NCBI RefSeq assembly: GCF_016432865.1
Contig: NC_067399.1
Span: 212,784,001 to 212,848,000 of the forward strand
DNA length: 64,000 nt
Source: Antechinus flavipes
Lineage: Eukaryota
Direction of reading: 5' to 3'
Below the pieces are notes generated by a model that was not told the origin of the DNA, searched no databases, and saw only the letters and a program-made list of their open reading frames with translations. Each line of letters starts with the position of its first letter. The first letter of the stretch is position 1. Below are positions 48,960-61,254 of this stretch, piece after piece. A program made the translations under genes and the position numbers.

Positions 48960-49730
48960 TAAGTAAATATATATATATGTACATAAAATAAAATTGTCAC
49001 ATAAATTATTTTCCCTTTTTTCTTTCTTCCCACACAAATCCTAGAATGGACTCCACTAGACACAAATATGTATTTGTATGTATGTGTATGTGTGTATATA
49101 TACATATATATATGCAAAATCATTCTTAGCAAACTTCTATGTATCAGGTTTTTCTCTATATGTAGATAGTACCTTCCTTCACATGTCCTTTTCTAGTTAA
49201 TATGGGTATTTGTAATATTCAAAATGACTTAATCATTCAAAATTCTTAAAACAATATTGCTATTACTGTATATAACATTCTCTTGGTTCTGCTTATTTTG
49301 CTTTTCATTATTTCATGCAAGTTTTTCCATGTTTTCCTAAAACTGAGATCCTCATTTCTTATAGAATAGTAGTATTTCATCACAACTATATAGCACACTT
49401 GTTCAGTCACCCCCAATTGATGGATATCCCACAATTTCTGGTTCTTTGCTACCACAAAGAGAGCTAATATAAATATTTTAGAACATATATGTTCTCCTTT
49501 TTCTCTATTCATCTTTGAAAATAGATTTAGTAGTGGTATTGTTGAGTCAAAAGGTATAGGCAGTTTGATAACTTTTGGGGCATAATTCCTGATTGCTCTC
49601 CAGAATGCTTGGGTCAATTCACTGTGCCATTAACAGTGAATTAGGGTCCCAATTATTCCATATCCCTTCCAACATTTGTCACTTTCTCCTTCAATCATTT
49701 TAGCCCATCTGATAGAAGTAAAATAATATC
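48960..49730 (-). mobile_element. L1 ORF2 C-terminus and 3'UTR fragment
   Basis: ORF 49246-49617 (TQAFWRAIRNYAPKVIKLPIPFDSTIPLL...ICSKIFILALFVVAKN) is the L1 ORF2 C-terminal pattern. Confidence 0.8.
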
Positions 49731-50089
49731 TTATAAGGTAATAAATAACTGTATGGAGACTATAAAATGACTAAATAAATTCTATTGGTTTAACAGCTAA
49801 GAGAAAGATCTATGCTCCTAAAGAGATAAAGAAGGAAAAGATTCATATAAACAAAAGTATTTGTAGTGGCAAAAAAAACTGGAGAACAAGAAGATACCCA
49901 TAAATTGATTTTTTTTTTAAATCAAAGGACTAAATATGTGGGAAAAGATTTTTTTAGATGTGACCAACATTTGTTTTTGTTGGCTATGCATATTTATAAC
50001 ATGAGTTTTTGTTTTTTGTTTTTTGTTTTTTGTTCTCCATTCTCCTTACTTCCAGGAGGAGCAGTTCAGAGGGAGAAAAAATAAATCAT

Positions 50090-51218
50090 TGTTAATTGGG
50101 GGGGGGGGAGAATAAATTGCATGTATCTGTTCTGAGGGGAGGGAACATTAATAGGAAGCAGGAGGGAAGATAACCAGAACAGTTAAGATAGCAAGAACTA
50201 AATTAGAAGATGTTATCAGGAAGTCAAGTAACAGAAAGGTTTCAACTGCTGTATTTTGGATGCTGCTAATTAAATAAGAGCATCACTTTATGGATTGGCT
50301 GAATAAAAGAAGAGGAACCTGCTAATTGGAAGAGAGTTAAACTCTGCTAACATTTCAGCTATTGCCCTTAAATATCACCTATAGTTTGAAAGAGGTAAAA
50401 TCTGAAAGTATCTAGTTATTACTACTATTGTTATCTCTGGTTTGAAAGAAAAACTGAAAAGAAAAGAGGTTTTTCAACTGCTTTGTAGAAAGTATATTTT
50501 GAAACTGATTGGAAGAAAGTGAATCCAACTGAATGAAGAGCTAGATAAGCTTGTCTGCATTGCCCAAAGAAAGAAGTTTTACTAAAAGCTTTGCTTTGCT
50601 GTGACAATTGGCTGAGAGCCATTTGAACAACATAGAACTTAGGTGAGTGATAAACTATTTGGGCTTGTCTGCATTGCCAAGAAAACTAATCCAAGGAGCT
50701 TTGCTATTCTCTGGTGCTTAAAGAAATTACTTATAAGTAAAATAGTGAAATACTACTTTTATACTGTCTTTTAAGGATGATTGGAAATTAAAAGAATTTA
50801 TCACTGCTTCAATTCAATAGAAAAGCAAATTTGCCCTGCAGGAAAATGGTGAGAATGAGAACACTTAGCAATAAAGTTACTTTTGTGGAGTATAAACTGT
50901 ACATGAAGAGACCCATGACATCAGGGCCTTCAGCCCAGAGTTGTGTGTTGCCCTAGGTATCTAGATCATCCTCACGTCTGTTCTTGCTATACCCCACTGA
51001 TATTGTGTATTAAAATGGAAGAACATTATACAGATTTATGGGTAAATCGTGATGCATTGTTTCTGCATTTGTTTTATATTGAATTAACTATGATATTATT
51101 ATTGCTTTTGCTTTGTCATTAAGCAAATGTTTTATGGTTAAGAGTTAAGAGTGTTATCACTTTAAATGATGGATTTCACATAGATTAGGAAGAACACAGT
51201 GGGGGTTAAGAAACTACA
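50090..51218 (+). mobile_element. Long (1.13 kb) probable solo LTR with 5-bp TSD (class III/Gypsy-like)
   Basis: TG...CA termini; flanks ATCAT (50085-50089) and ATGAT (51219-51223); AATAAA near 50871; repeated 16-mer gcttgtctgcattgcc. Confidence 0.55.
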
Positions 51219-51899
51219 ATGATTAGTAGAATATATATTGTCTCAAAATAGGATTATCCCTTAGATTTTGAAATAGTTTGAGTTGTAGCTACATATTAGT
51301 CATCCTTTTCTAGAAAAGAGATATGTTAATCTGAAAGCAACTTAGTGAGACCTACTCAGGAAAGGGAGGAGAAATTGCCTCACATTCCATTGTAAGCTAT
51401 GTCCAGCATGCTTCTTCCCCCTAGAACCTGACAGCCCTAAGTTTAAATCCAACACAAAGTGAAAACCAGTTAATCTATTAACAAATAATTGTGCTTGATA
51501 CATGGTTCTGATCTATAAGGAGCTTACAATATAATTATATAACAAACTAGAAAAGGATCTGCTTTATTATTATAGAGTTCATCATATTTTCAAGCCCATA
51601 AAAACAATATGGTTAAAACAGGTCTTATAACTGAGCAGTGAGAATCTAAGCAAATTACTAGCAAGAGTTTTGAAAAGCCGCATGCAATTCTATCAATCAA
51701 GGAAAGTAGAACTACTGTTTTTGGATTCATTGCAATCCTAAATGTATTTCTATAAAAGACTAAAATGGTACTAAAGGGAACAAAAATAGAAAATACAGCT
51801 AAATTAAATCACCAATACAGCCAGATCAAACTCTATGAGGAAATGAATAAAGAAGGAAAAGTAGAACGATCTAAGTTATTTAGAAATTTAAATGTCTAA

Positions 51900-52320
51900 T
51901 AAAAAATTTGGCATTGATCCTGAAGATTGAAGAGAAGCAGTATAGTTTGTTGAGCAGAAGCATACACAATGAAATCTGTTTGAGAGATGAACTAGAACAA
52001 GGAAAGACTTAAGGAGGAAAGATGAAATGGGAATCTATGGCAACTGTTCAGGCAAGAGGTGATAAGGGTCTGAATTAGACAGGTAGTGGGTGAATGTAGA
52101 TAAGGGAACTATGGGGAAAATAGTGTTAATATAGAAACAGCAATATTTGATGATTGATTAGATTGTGCGGTGAATAAGAGTATGGAGTCAGGAATGACTC
52201 CAAGGTTATGAACTGGAGTACTTGAAAGAAGGTAGTAACTTTGAAAGAGATAAAAAATACTTTTGAAGAGGACTGGGTTTAAGGAGAAATATATTTATTT
52301 CTGCACTGTACATGTTGAGA
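51900..52320 (-). mobile_element. L2 fragment
   Basis: ggagtcaggaatgactccaagg and caatatttgatgattgattaga are L2 motifs. Confidence 0.7.
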
Positions 52321-52719
52321 AAAAGATCCTTTAGATGTTCCTATTGCCTAGTTCACTGCCTGCTAAAAGACATTTGTAACTAGACCTCCAAGACCACTAA
52401 TCCAATAATATGGGGTAGTCTGAGGCTTTAGATTCTTGGCAAATTCTCCTAATAGTTTAAGCTATGAGCTATATGGCTGGCATGTGACCAGCATTCAGGG
52501 AGAGGCAGATAGAATCTTTATAGACATTGATTTCTAGGTAGTAGGAATGGTCTGAGCCTTAGAGAAAATAAAAATGGGTTGCAAAGATTCTCCTATTCAA
52601 ATAACCAACAAGCATTTATCAGCAATCTCCTAAACATTGGGAAATGAGCTAGGTATTGAGGACACAGATACAACAAAAGAAAGAATCTCTATTCACAAGT
52701 AGATCATTCCCCATCAGTT

Positions 52720-53040
52720 CTTTTTCTGAAGATAAATAGCATGTTCCTTCATAAGTCTTTCATACTTTATTTGAATATCCATATTACTCAGAATAACTTA
52801 ATTATTCATAGTTATTCTTCAAATAGTATTGCAGTTACTATAAAACATTCTCTTGGTTCTGCTTATTTCACTCTGTGAAATTATTATTTCATGCTAATCT
52901 TTCAATAGCCTTTTTTTTTCTAAAATCAACCTGCTTTTCATTTCTTACCATATAGTAGTATTCCATCAAAATCATATGCCACAATTTATACCTATTCCCT
53001 AACTGATGAGCATCTCCTCAATTTCCAAATCTTTGCCACC
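52720..53040 (-). mobile_element. L1 3' fragment
   Basis: cattctcttggttctgcttatttcactctg...tagtagtattccatcaaaatcatatgccac. Confidence 0.7.
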
Positions 53041-54829
53041 ACATGTAGTAGACTTTTGCAATAGCAGGTCAGTCTTCAAATCCTTGTTTGGGGTTGGCTG
53101 TATCATCTCCCAGAAACTATATTTGTGATGAATTTTCATTGTCCAAGGAATGGAGATTTTCCATTCCAATAACTTCTTTGTAGTGGTCTCCAGGAAAACA
53201 TTCTTGATAGGTTAAACTACTTTTAGACATGATACAAATTGATTCTCCCTAGATATTTCTCATCCTTTGCTCTGTTTAGAATTGCAGTTTTTACTCTTTC
53301 AGAAGGTTCTATCTATATTGGGGAATGGTTCAAGTCACCCATCATTTGTGGGTCTCTCCCCGGAAAAAGAGAAAGCTTCTTCTTAAAAATAGTTTGATTT
53401 GGAATTGTTTGGAAGTACTTTCAAGTACTTTAAGAAATTGGGGGAACTGAACTCATTGCTTAATAATTATGGTACATTTGTATTTTTCTGAAAATAAGGT
53501 AATTCTTTAGCTGTCTGCCTAGCAATTTTGAGTCTTTGGATCAAGGTTATGTGAAATCTTCTCCCAGACTCTATTGATAAAATAATCCTTCCATAAAGGC
53601 CTCTACAAAGGCAAGAATTTAGAATTTTCCTTCATAGTTCTTCCAAAGAAGGGGAGATTTTAGCTATCAGTACAGAAAACACTGAGCAAATATAGAAAAG
53701 GGGCAATTCTTGGTACAAACTTAAATGTCAGGTTGATTTATATGAAAAATGCTTATGATCTTTTAGCTGTTTTGCTACAAATGACTCTGACTGATTAATG
53801 ACAGTGGCAAAATTATTTTCAAACCTGTAATGGTCCTTATTTCCTGGTGTTGCTCTCGTTCCTTACTGCTGTTTTGCTTTGAGAAACCTACAGTGACCTG
53901 TGCCTGATGTTAGACCTAAGTCATGTAAGATATGTTTTTAAACAAACATAGTTTCCATGTTTTTATTAGTAGTAATAAGATCCTCATTCCATGCTATATA
54001 TATTTTGTGCTAACCTTCTTCCTAAGGTCAGAATTATTTTACAGTGAAAGATCCCCATAAATATTTTTTGTACCTAGTCACCAATGGGAGTGATGTGCCA
54101 GGAACAGTATATGTCTTACAGATGCTAGGCATGTTTCCCTTTTAGGAGATAAAGATTCGGTCCTTTATTTGATCCAGAGCAGTAGAGGTTGAAATTCTAG
54201 TGTGACTTCTTTGTCAATTGGGATGCAAAGACTCTAATCCATGAAGAGCTTAGGTTGTTGAAATTTTAACAGAATTCCCATTGCCATTTAAAACATTTTT
54301 TTCTGTTCTAACATTGCTGCTATAGTGAATGCGTAGGTGGAAGGGAGCAATATCTCTTTTTAGTAATAATGGAAAATATTGCCTTAATGTTTTGTCCAAA
54401 TGAAGCCATTTTATTGCATTTAGTGCAATTTTTTTTTTTTTTTTTGCTTTTTATGTTTCATTGAATTCTAATTACAAGCTGATTCACTGGACTGCCTTCA
54501 GTTAGTCCTGTCCCAGAATATCTTCTGAGAAAAGTTTGTAAAGAGAGCAAATTTGGAAATTCATTGGTAAGAAGAGAAAGTTGAAATAAGATTGTCATGA
54601 ATATTGAGGATTCTAAGACTAGGAAAAATGCAAGTCATACCTAAAAGTCAATGTACTTGGAAAAGTGGTAAATTATTGTGACCTTTAAAGAGAGGGAAAG
54701 ACAAATAACAGCAATAAGAGAATATAATGAGAGTAAGAAAAGTTAAAAATCATACTACTAACTGAATTTGTTGGCAAGTTTGGGAAACAGGCCATTTTGT
54801 GCAGTTAATATCTTATAGATGTATAATGT

Positions 54830-55130
54830 CTCCCAATTATTTCTTTTTCCAGAGTACCATGAGAAAAAAGGATTAGATTTATTCTCTTTGGTCCCAGAGA
54901 ATACAATAGTTGGATGAGCAAAAAAAGGAGAAAATTAGGCTTGAGATTAGGAAAAATAACTATCAAAAACTGGACATTCAAAAGAGCATCTCTTTTAGGG
55001 AAGGGCTTTCTTTCTTTTGAAGTTTTCAGGCAATAATCAGTTGACCATTTGTTGGATGTTTTAGAGTAAAGATTCCCTTTATATAACATATAGGTACTGA
55101 AATCCTTAAGTCTCATGATATAAACTCCAA
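54830..55130 (+). mobile_element. L3/CR1 3' end
   Basis: aaaattaggcttgagattaggaaaaa...gaagttttcaggcaataatcagttgacc...aaatccttaagtctcatgat. Confidence 0.7.
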
Positions 55131-55528
55131 ACACTGAAGAGCTTCCTAGATGAAATTCATTGGCACTCAAGAGTTTGAGCTAACTATATACACAGGAAAA
55201 CCAAGAGAACAAAAGACAACTTATTGTTCACTAGTCATAGGAGCAACTTTTAGAATTTATCTACCCAAGGATGTTAGACAACCTCTTCAAATGGTTCGAT
55301 TGCTCCTAGAATTAAACTGGACAGGATAGGACATGTAAAATAACAAGGTTTTTTTTTTTTAATAGCTTCAAAGTACCCTTGAAATAAAGGTCCATAATTC
55401 TAATACCACCATTCTATCAGTGTTGTGGTATGGTTGGGAATGATAGAACAAGACAGTCTCTGAAGAATTAAGATAAAATTATCTCTTAGAGAATATAAGC
55501 AGGCTAAGTTTTGTAACAAACAATTCCG

Positions 55529-55609
55529 AATAAGAACTAGAATTAAAGACTACTAAATAAGAACTAGAATTAAAGACTACTAAATAAAAACTAGAATTAA
55601 AGACTACTA
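55529..55609. repeat. 27-bp tandem repeat x3
   Basis: aataagaactagaattaaagactacta three times, with one substitution in the third copy. Confidence 0.97.
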
Positions 55610-55619
55610 TCAAATAGAT

Positions 55620-55870
55620 GCATAATAGAAAAAAACAAATAAGATAGGCTGGCTATGAGAATACTGAAGAATAACTGTTGAGTGAGCCATGTATTCCACT
55701 GGTACCTCTCTATGTCAAGGGAACTCAAGAATATTCTTAAACAGGTTAGGTGCAAATTTATGGGAAGTTATGGACAAAAGTTAGAGAGGACAATTAGGTA
55801 TGCATCAGTTATAATAAGAATCATTGGAGGGAACATTCACCTAGATAAGATAACAATTTTATTTGAGTAA
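55620..55870 (+). mobile_element. RTE-X 3' end remnant
   Basis: Translates to SHVFHWY..; similar to 21500-21720. Confidence 0.5.
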
Positions 55871-57399
55871 ACAACAGCCTATTCTTTACAATTGATGATT
55901 AACAGAATTTTTCATTTGTGAAACAGTTTCTTTGGGGGGTAGGAGGGAGGGAGTATAGCATAGTCGATAGAGAAATGGCCTCAATACCAGGAAGAACTGG
56001 TTTGGAAGTCCACCTGATGCATATAAGCTATATAATTCTAGGCAAGTCACATAATCTCAAGGTGCTAATTTAAATTCACCTGGTAGTTCCTTATAAAAAA
56101 TGAAATCATAAGTCTAATTCCTATCCCTATTCCTATAAATTTTATAAGAACATGGTAATAAGGTCTTCCAAAATGGCAAATATCTTGAGATAAAAGTTTT
56201 GTATATTATTTCTCACATTGCTTTGGATTTTCATTGTCAATATATTTGAATTCTTTGTAAAATATTTGAGAACTGATAAACTAATATGTTGGTTCATGAT
56301 TACTGTATTGTTTTAGAAGAAAAAACATCTTAAAGTCCACCAGCACACATGTAAATAATGACAAATGAAATGGGCTTCCATTTCAGATGGAACCCAATAA
56401 AAATGATTTTTTCTTTCCACTGTTATTTTGATAGCTCACCACAGTTTGCAACAGCCTAAGTTAGAATCATATCTTAAAGTAAAAGGTAATATATCCTTAA
56501 CACGTTCACTAGTAGCTCCCAATGAATTTCTAATCAGTGTATGAAATATACTTTCTCTAAATTTCACACATTCATTGGCCCCATCTCACTAGATATTCTA
56601 CCCAGTCACCTGATTTCATACTCACATTGCAAGAGATAATGGCAAAAGACTTGATATCAGAAGGCAGCAGGACAGTTTCCACTTCGCTCCCCAAAACTAA
56701 CTCCTATTTTCTTTAAGTTATCCTTTCTGCCTAGATTAGATGTCATTTCTAATGTGAAAGTGATGACTGAGCTTGGCACATTGGTAGAAAATATAAAACT
56801 TTTAAAATTCCAAAACATGAGAAATAAAACATGATCCTTGGACTCAAGAGAAGAGGTGTGGAATAGTAAGCAGAGGAATGGGTTCTGTTCCTGAAGACCT
56901 CTATTCAAGTCTTTCTTCAGTGTGGTTTAGCTGTATATAAACCTTAAGCAAGTCATTTAAATTCTCCCTAGAAATTCTCTGGGATTAGAAAACTATAAAA
57001 CTAGAACTTACAGAGAAAGATCTGACTCATCAAGGAGTTTTCTATGCCATGAAATCACAGGTCCTCACAGATGTCTCTCACAGAATTTATCTCTACTTTC
57101 ACAGAACTTACTAAGTTAAGAAATAAATACAAAAATGTACATTCAAGGTAGAATAGGAAAATATATTGTTAAAGGTTCAAAGTCCTATTAGCAATTAAAT
57201 GGAACCGTGAATATAGGGGACTGGACTTGGAGTTAGGAATGCTTGAGTTCAAATACTGCATCAGACACTTACTAAGGATTCAACCTCTCTCAGCCTCAGT
57301 TTCTCCATCTGTAAAAAGAGGTGGAAAGTACTATACTCAATACTCAGTGGCTCATTAGAGCCTTTCTTACCCTAATTTTACAATCCTATGAATAAAATA

Positions 57400-58620
57400 G
57401 TAGTAGTGGAGTGATGGTGAGTTTATGGAGTAATAGGCATTTCCTTTGGGTTTTAAATAATGAGAAGGAATCAAATAGGTAAATCTCAAAGAAAAGATAT
57501 ATTCCAGGCATAGGCAGCATCATGAACAAAATCAGGGAGTCATGAAAGCACTTAGGGATTCATAGGGAGTACAGTTTATCTAAAGAACAAATCAAAAAAA
57601 AAAATAAAAATAAAAATAAAATAAAATAAAATAAAATAAAAAAACAAATCAGATTAAAGAGGTAAGTGGAAGATAAAGCTAGAAAAAATAGGTTTGAGAA
57701 AGATTGTAAGATGGGGTAGAAGGCATGAATTGAATTAAGTAAAGGAATTTAGTTTCATTCAATAGATAATGGGGAGCAATTGAAGTTTTATGAGCAAGAA
57801 GATGACAAAATTTTGTGTAAAAAAAAAATTATTCATCAATAGTAGGTACCACAGGATAGAGTAGTTTGGTTTGTCATGCATGACTTCTACTACTTGGAGT
57901 TCTTTTTGGGTGAGATAATAATTGTAAAACATATTGTAGATTCCTAATAAATACTTGTTTATTTTTTTAAGTTCACAGATCTTTACCTGGCCTAACTCTC
58001 CTATTCTTTCACATAAAATGATGAATCTCATAATAGATGGAGCTGTTTGACAATTGTACTCTGGCATCAAATACAACACAAACTTTTTGTCATCTCCTCA
58101 GTAAACCTCAATAGCTCCCTCTTAATTCTAGAATAAAATATGGACTCTTTTTTTTTTCACTTGAAACTCTTCATAACCTGACTCCTTCCTTTCGTTCCAC
58201 TTTTAAATATTACTCCTCTCATCACACTTTATAGCCTAGTCATACTACTCTAATTCAATATTCATCAGTATTTCATTTTCCTTCACTGTACCTTTGAATT
58301 AGCTATTCCTTATTTTTTAATCTCTGACTACTAGAATCCCTGGCTCCTTTTAAACCTCAATTTAAGTACCCACTCCTTCAGGAGGTTTTTCCAGGTCTCC
58401 CATCTCCATCCCTGTCAGTACTTTTTTTCCTCTAACAATTATCTCCCACCTCCCATCTACTCTGTGTTTAACTTTTTATGTATATGATGTCTTCATCATT
58501 AGAATATAAATATCTTGAAGGCAAGGACTCTTTTGTTTGCTTTTCCTTTGAATCTCTAGTACTTAACACAGTGGCTAACACATAATGATTGCTTAATAAA
58601 TGTTTATTCCATGTTTGATT
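57400..58620. mobile_element. Two L2 fragments in inverted orientation
   Basis: Minus-strand L2 at about 57400-57900; plus-strand L2 at about 58000-58620 ending tgcttaataaatgtttattcc. Confidence 0.65.
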
Positions 58621-59164
58621 GGTTGAGTGGAAAAACAAGTAGGATAACTTAGTTGCAATATAGAATGTACAACAGCAAGTAATGAAAAGGCAAAGGGTTC
58701 ATGAATTTATAGGTATCCTCAGATTAACTCTCACTAGAAATTTGCAGTTCCAAGAAAATTCATAAGTTTTCTCTTAAAGTGCCACCTAATCCCTTGCAGT
58801 TAGCATATATCATCGATCCATTTAAAGGCCTTTAGACACTAAATAAATCCATATAAAGTTGCTTGAGATTAATGGAAGTTACATTTCTCCTATTGCAAAC
58901 TTTGATACTACAATTAGGTTAATACTACTCTTTTTACGAAGTTCGTGCTGCTGAAATATCTAATTGTCATTAAGGTAAGCAATAACAAATTGATCCAGAA
59001 GATAATCTGAATATTAACAATGATGAAATTGATGCTGGGTATATAATTGTAGTGTGTGTTCAGGCAGACTAGTATTTCTAGTGTGAAGGCTGTTGAGCCC
59101 TTTTTAGGGTTGCATCCACAACCTAGAGTCATGTCCACTTGATTCATCTAACTTTCATCTGTAG

Positions 59165-59540
59165 CTTAAAGAAGTCACACCCTGTAAACCATTTTCAAAG
59201 ATAAAGTGAATTAGGTTGAAGGTAAGTGAGGGAGTCTCAAACCCTTTGGTGAGTTAAGGGGGTATCTACTCCTAGCACATAAAGACTTCCCCCAGCAGAA
59301 TCAGGGAATTTGTTCCAGCAGTCTTGAAGGTGGCTGAAGCAGATGCTATAGAGCACTTAGAGCTTGATTAAACATCAAGGTTACCCACTGCATCATCGTC
59401 AAGCCATCATTCGTCATCTTGACTTTGTCTTGTCACAAGAGTTTGATGACTCTGAAAGAGAGAGTGAAGTGGATAACTTCTTACACTTCTCTCATGCAAA
59501 TCCAATTTATGTGCAAATCAAAAGATATAACCCATATCAT
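59165..59540 (+). mobile_element. Second copy of the RTE-associated SINE-like sequence
   Basis: Collinear with about 23250-23610 (gtctcaaacc...tgagtta; ctgaagcagat.ct.t.gagcacttagag; gtcatcttgacttt). Confidence 0.7.
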
Positions 59541-59559
59541 TTTACCTATCTCTAGTCCT

Positions 59560-61200
59560 ACATGACATACAGGTGACAAAGCAGCAGGTGCAGATACACT
59601 TTGAGTGTACACAACCCTGCACAAAGGCAGCTCTGGGATTCAGCAGCCCCCTGTAAATGAGTAGCCTTTTTTAAGGACCACATGGCTAACATCCTAGAAA
59701 AGTCTAGAAAAGAAGCCCTAAAAATTGTCTGCTTCACCTAACTCTGGCCTGCTTACCTCAACAAGCCAGGATCCTACCCTGCAATCAAAACACACACCAA
59801 AAAAATGTTGAAAAATGTTTGCAAAGGTGATTCCACTCACTCTCAGTAGACAGAATGTGTATACATTTATAGACAACATAAAATCCAATATACCTGAAAG
59901 ACAAACAGCTCTTATTGCAGGAGAACTCAGCAAGTGTCTCATCCAGATAAGCAGCCCTGACTGAAACAAGGCTTACCACCGTTGGATTTGTATACACATT
60001 TTTCTAAAGTGGTTGCAGTGAAGGGGAGCGACAGGAAGCGGATATAGCTTTTCCTATCCAAACTAATCTAGTCCACAAACTTGTATGCAATCAAAAGCAG
60101 TGAATGACAAGAGTCACAACAGTGAAATTGCCAATTTAGGAAAGTACCGTACTATTATTTTCGGTGTATTTACTCCTACCATGGCAAACTCTGATGATAT
60201 CAAAGAAAGGTTTATGAGAACTTGTAGACTCTCATCATTAATGTGCAGAGAGAGGATTAGCTTATAATTCTGGGTGCCTAATGCAAGAGTAGGCCCAAAT
60301 TACCAATCATGACAAGGAGACTTTGGGTGGAATCAAGTTGGGAACAGTAACAGCAATGGTCACTTACTACTGAAGACTTATGTATGCATCTTATGAGTTC
60401 TTCACCAACACCATCTTCCATTTACCTAAACCCAATAAAATTTCATGCATATACTTTTACAGCAACCACTGGAATTGAACAAACTATGTCATTGTAAGAA
60501 GAAGTGACAGTCAGGATGTGAGAATATCAAAGGCAATGTATGGTGCAAAATGCTGTACTGGTCATAGATTTATCTTCTCCAAGCTAAATATTCACATTCA
60601 ACAAATGCTGCAGCCTCAAGACAAAATGACTACCAGAAGAGTTAATGTCAACAGATTAGAGAGCTTCTCTGAGTAGCTCTGAGTAGAACAGTTCTTGCTA
60701 ATGAACTTGGAGGAAAAGCTGAGCCAATACTTGGTTGACAGCAATTAAGCAGAAAAGGAGTGGGCAGCCCTCAGAGATTTGGTATGCACAACTGCATTTG
60801 CAGTCAGAACACTGACAAATATCAAAACTGGTTTAATAAAAATGATGGGAAAATTCAGAAGCTGCCTAAATAAAAGATGAGAATTCTACAGAATTTATTA
60901 GCAGGATAGTTCTTTTTTCTTTAAAAAGGCAATAGTTAATTCCATCAAAAGTAAAGTGCAAGCAAAATTGAACAAGATCCAGAATTCTTGACTCAGTAAG
61001 AATATAAATAAAATTCAGTTCTATGCTGATAGTAGCAATCCAAAGTATTTTTTATCGTATCCTGAAAGCTGTTTATAAGCCTGTGGTATATCTCAGCTTC
61101 TCACTGCTAATGGACCATATTGATTAGTGATAAGGACATGATCCTAGAGAGATGTGTTCAGTACCAGCTGTGTTCCTCTTCCCCTACCTCCAATTACTGA
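59560..61200 (+). mobile_element. RTE-clade LINE remnant (APE endonuclease region of the single ORF)
   Basis: IPLTLSRQNV...PERQTALIAGEL...LTETRL, TIIFGVFTPTMANSDDIKERF, NSNSNGHLLLKT, YVIVRR and GHRFIFSKL match RTE endonuclease motifs. Confidence 0.85.
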
Positions 61201-61254
61201 CAGAAGATTTAGAAGATAATTGAATTAGTGAAGATAAGAGGTAACATCAAAACG

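Noticed and set aside
48420-49730. Twin-priming inversion joining the plus-strand L1 to the adjacent minus-strand L1 3' piece
   Set aside because: No shared TSD or terminal poly-A at the expected positions, and other repeats intervene; independent insertions are simpler.
53102-53116. FLGDD as an RNA-virus RdRp GDD motif
   Set aside because: An isolated tripeptide next to a stop codon; no motif A or B at plausible spacing. Comparison from memory with filovirus NP and bornavirus L gave no convincing similarity.
54805-55170. 121-aa minus-strand ORF as a gene
   Set aside because: It is antisense to an L3/CR1 3' end.
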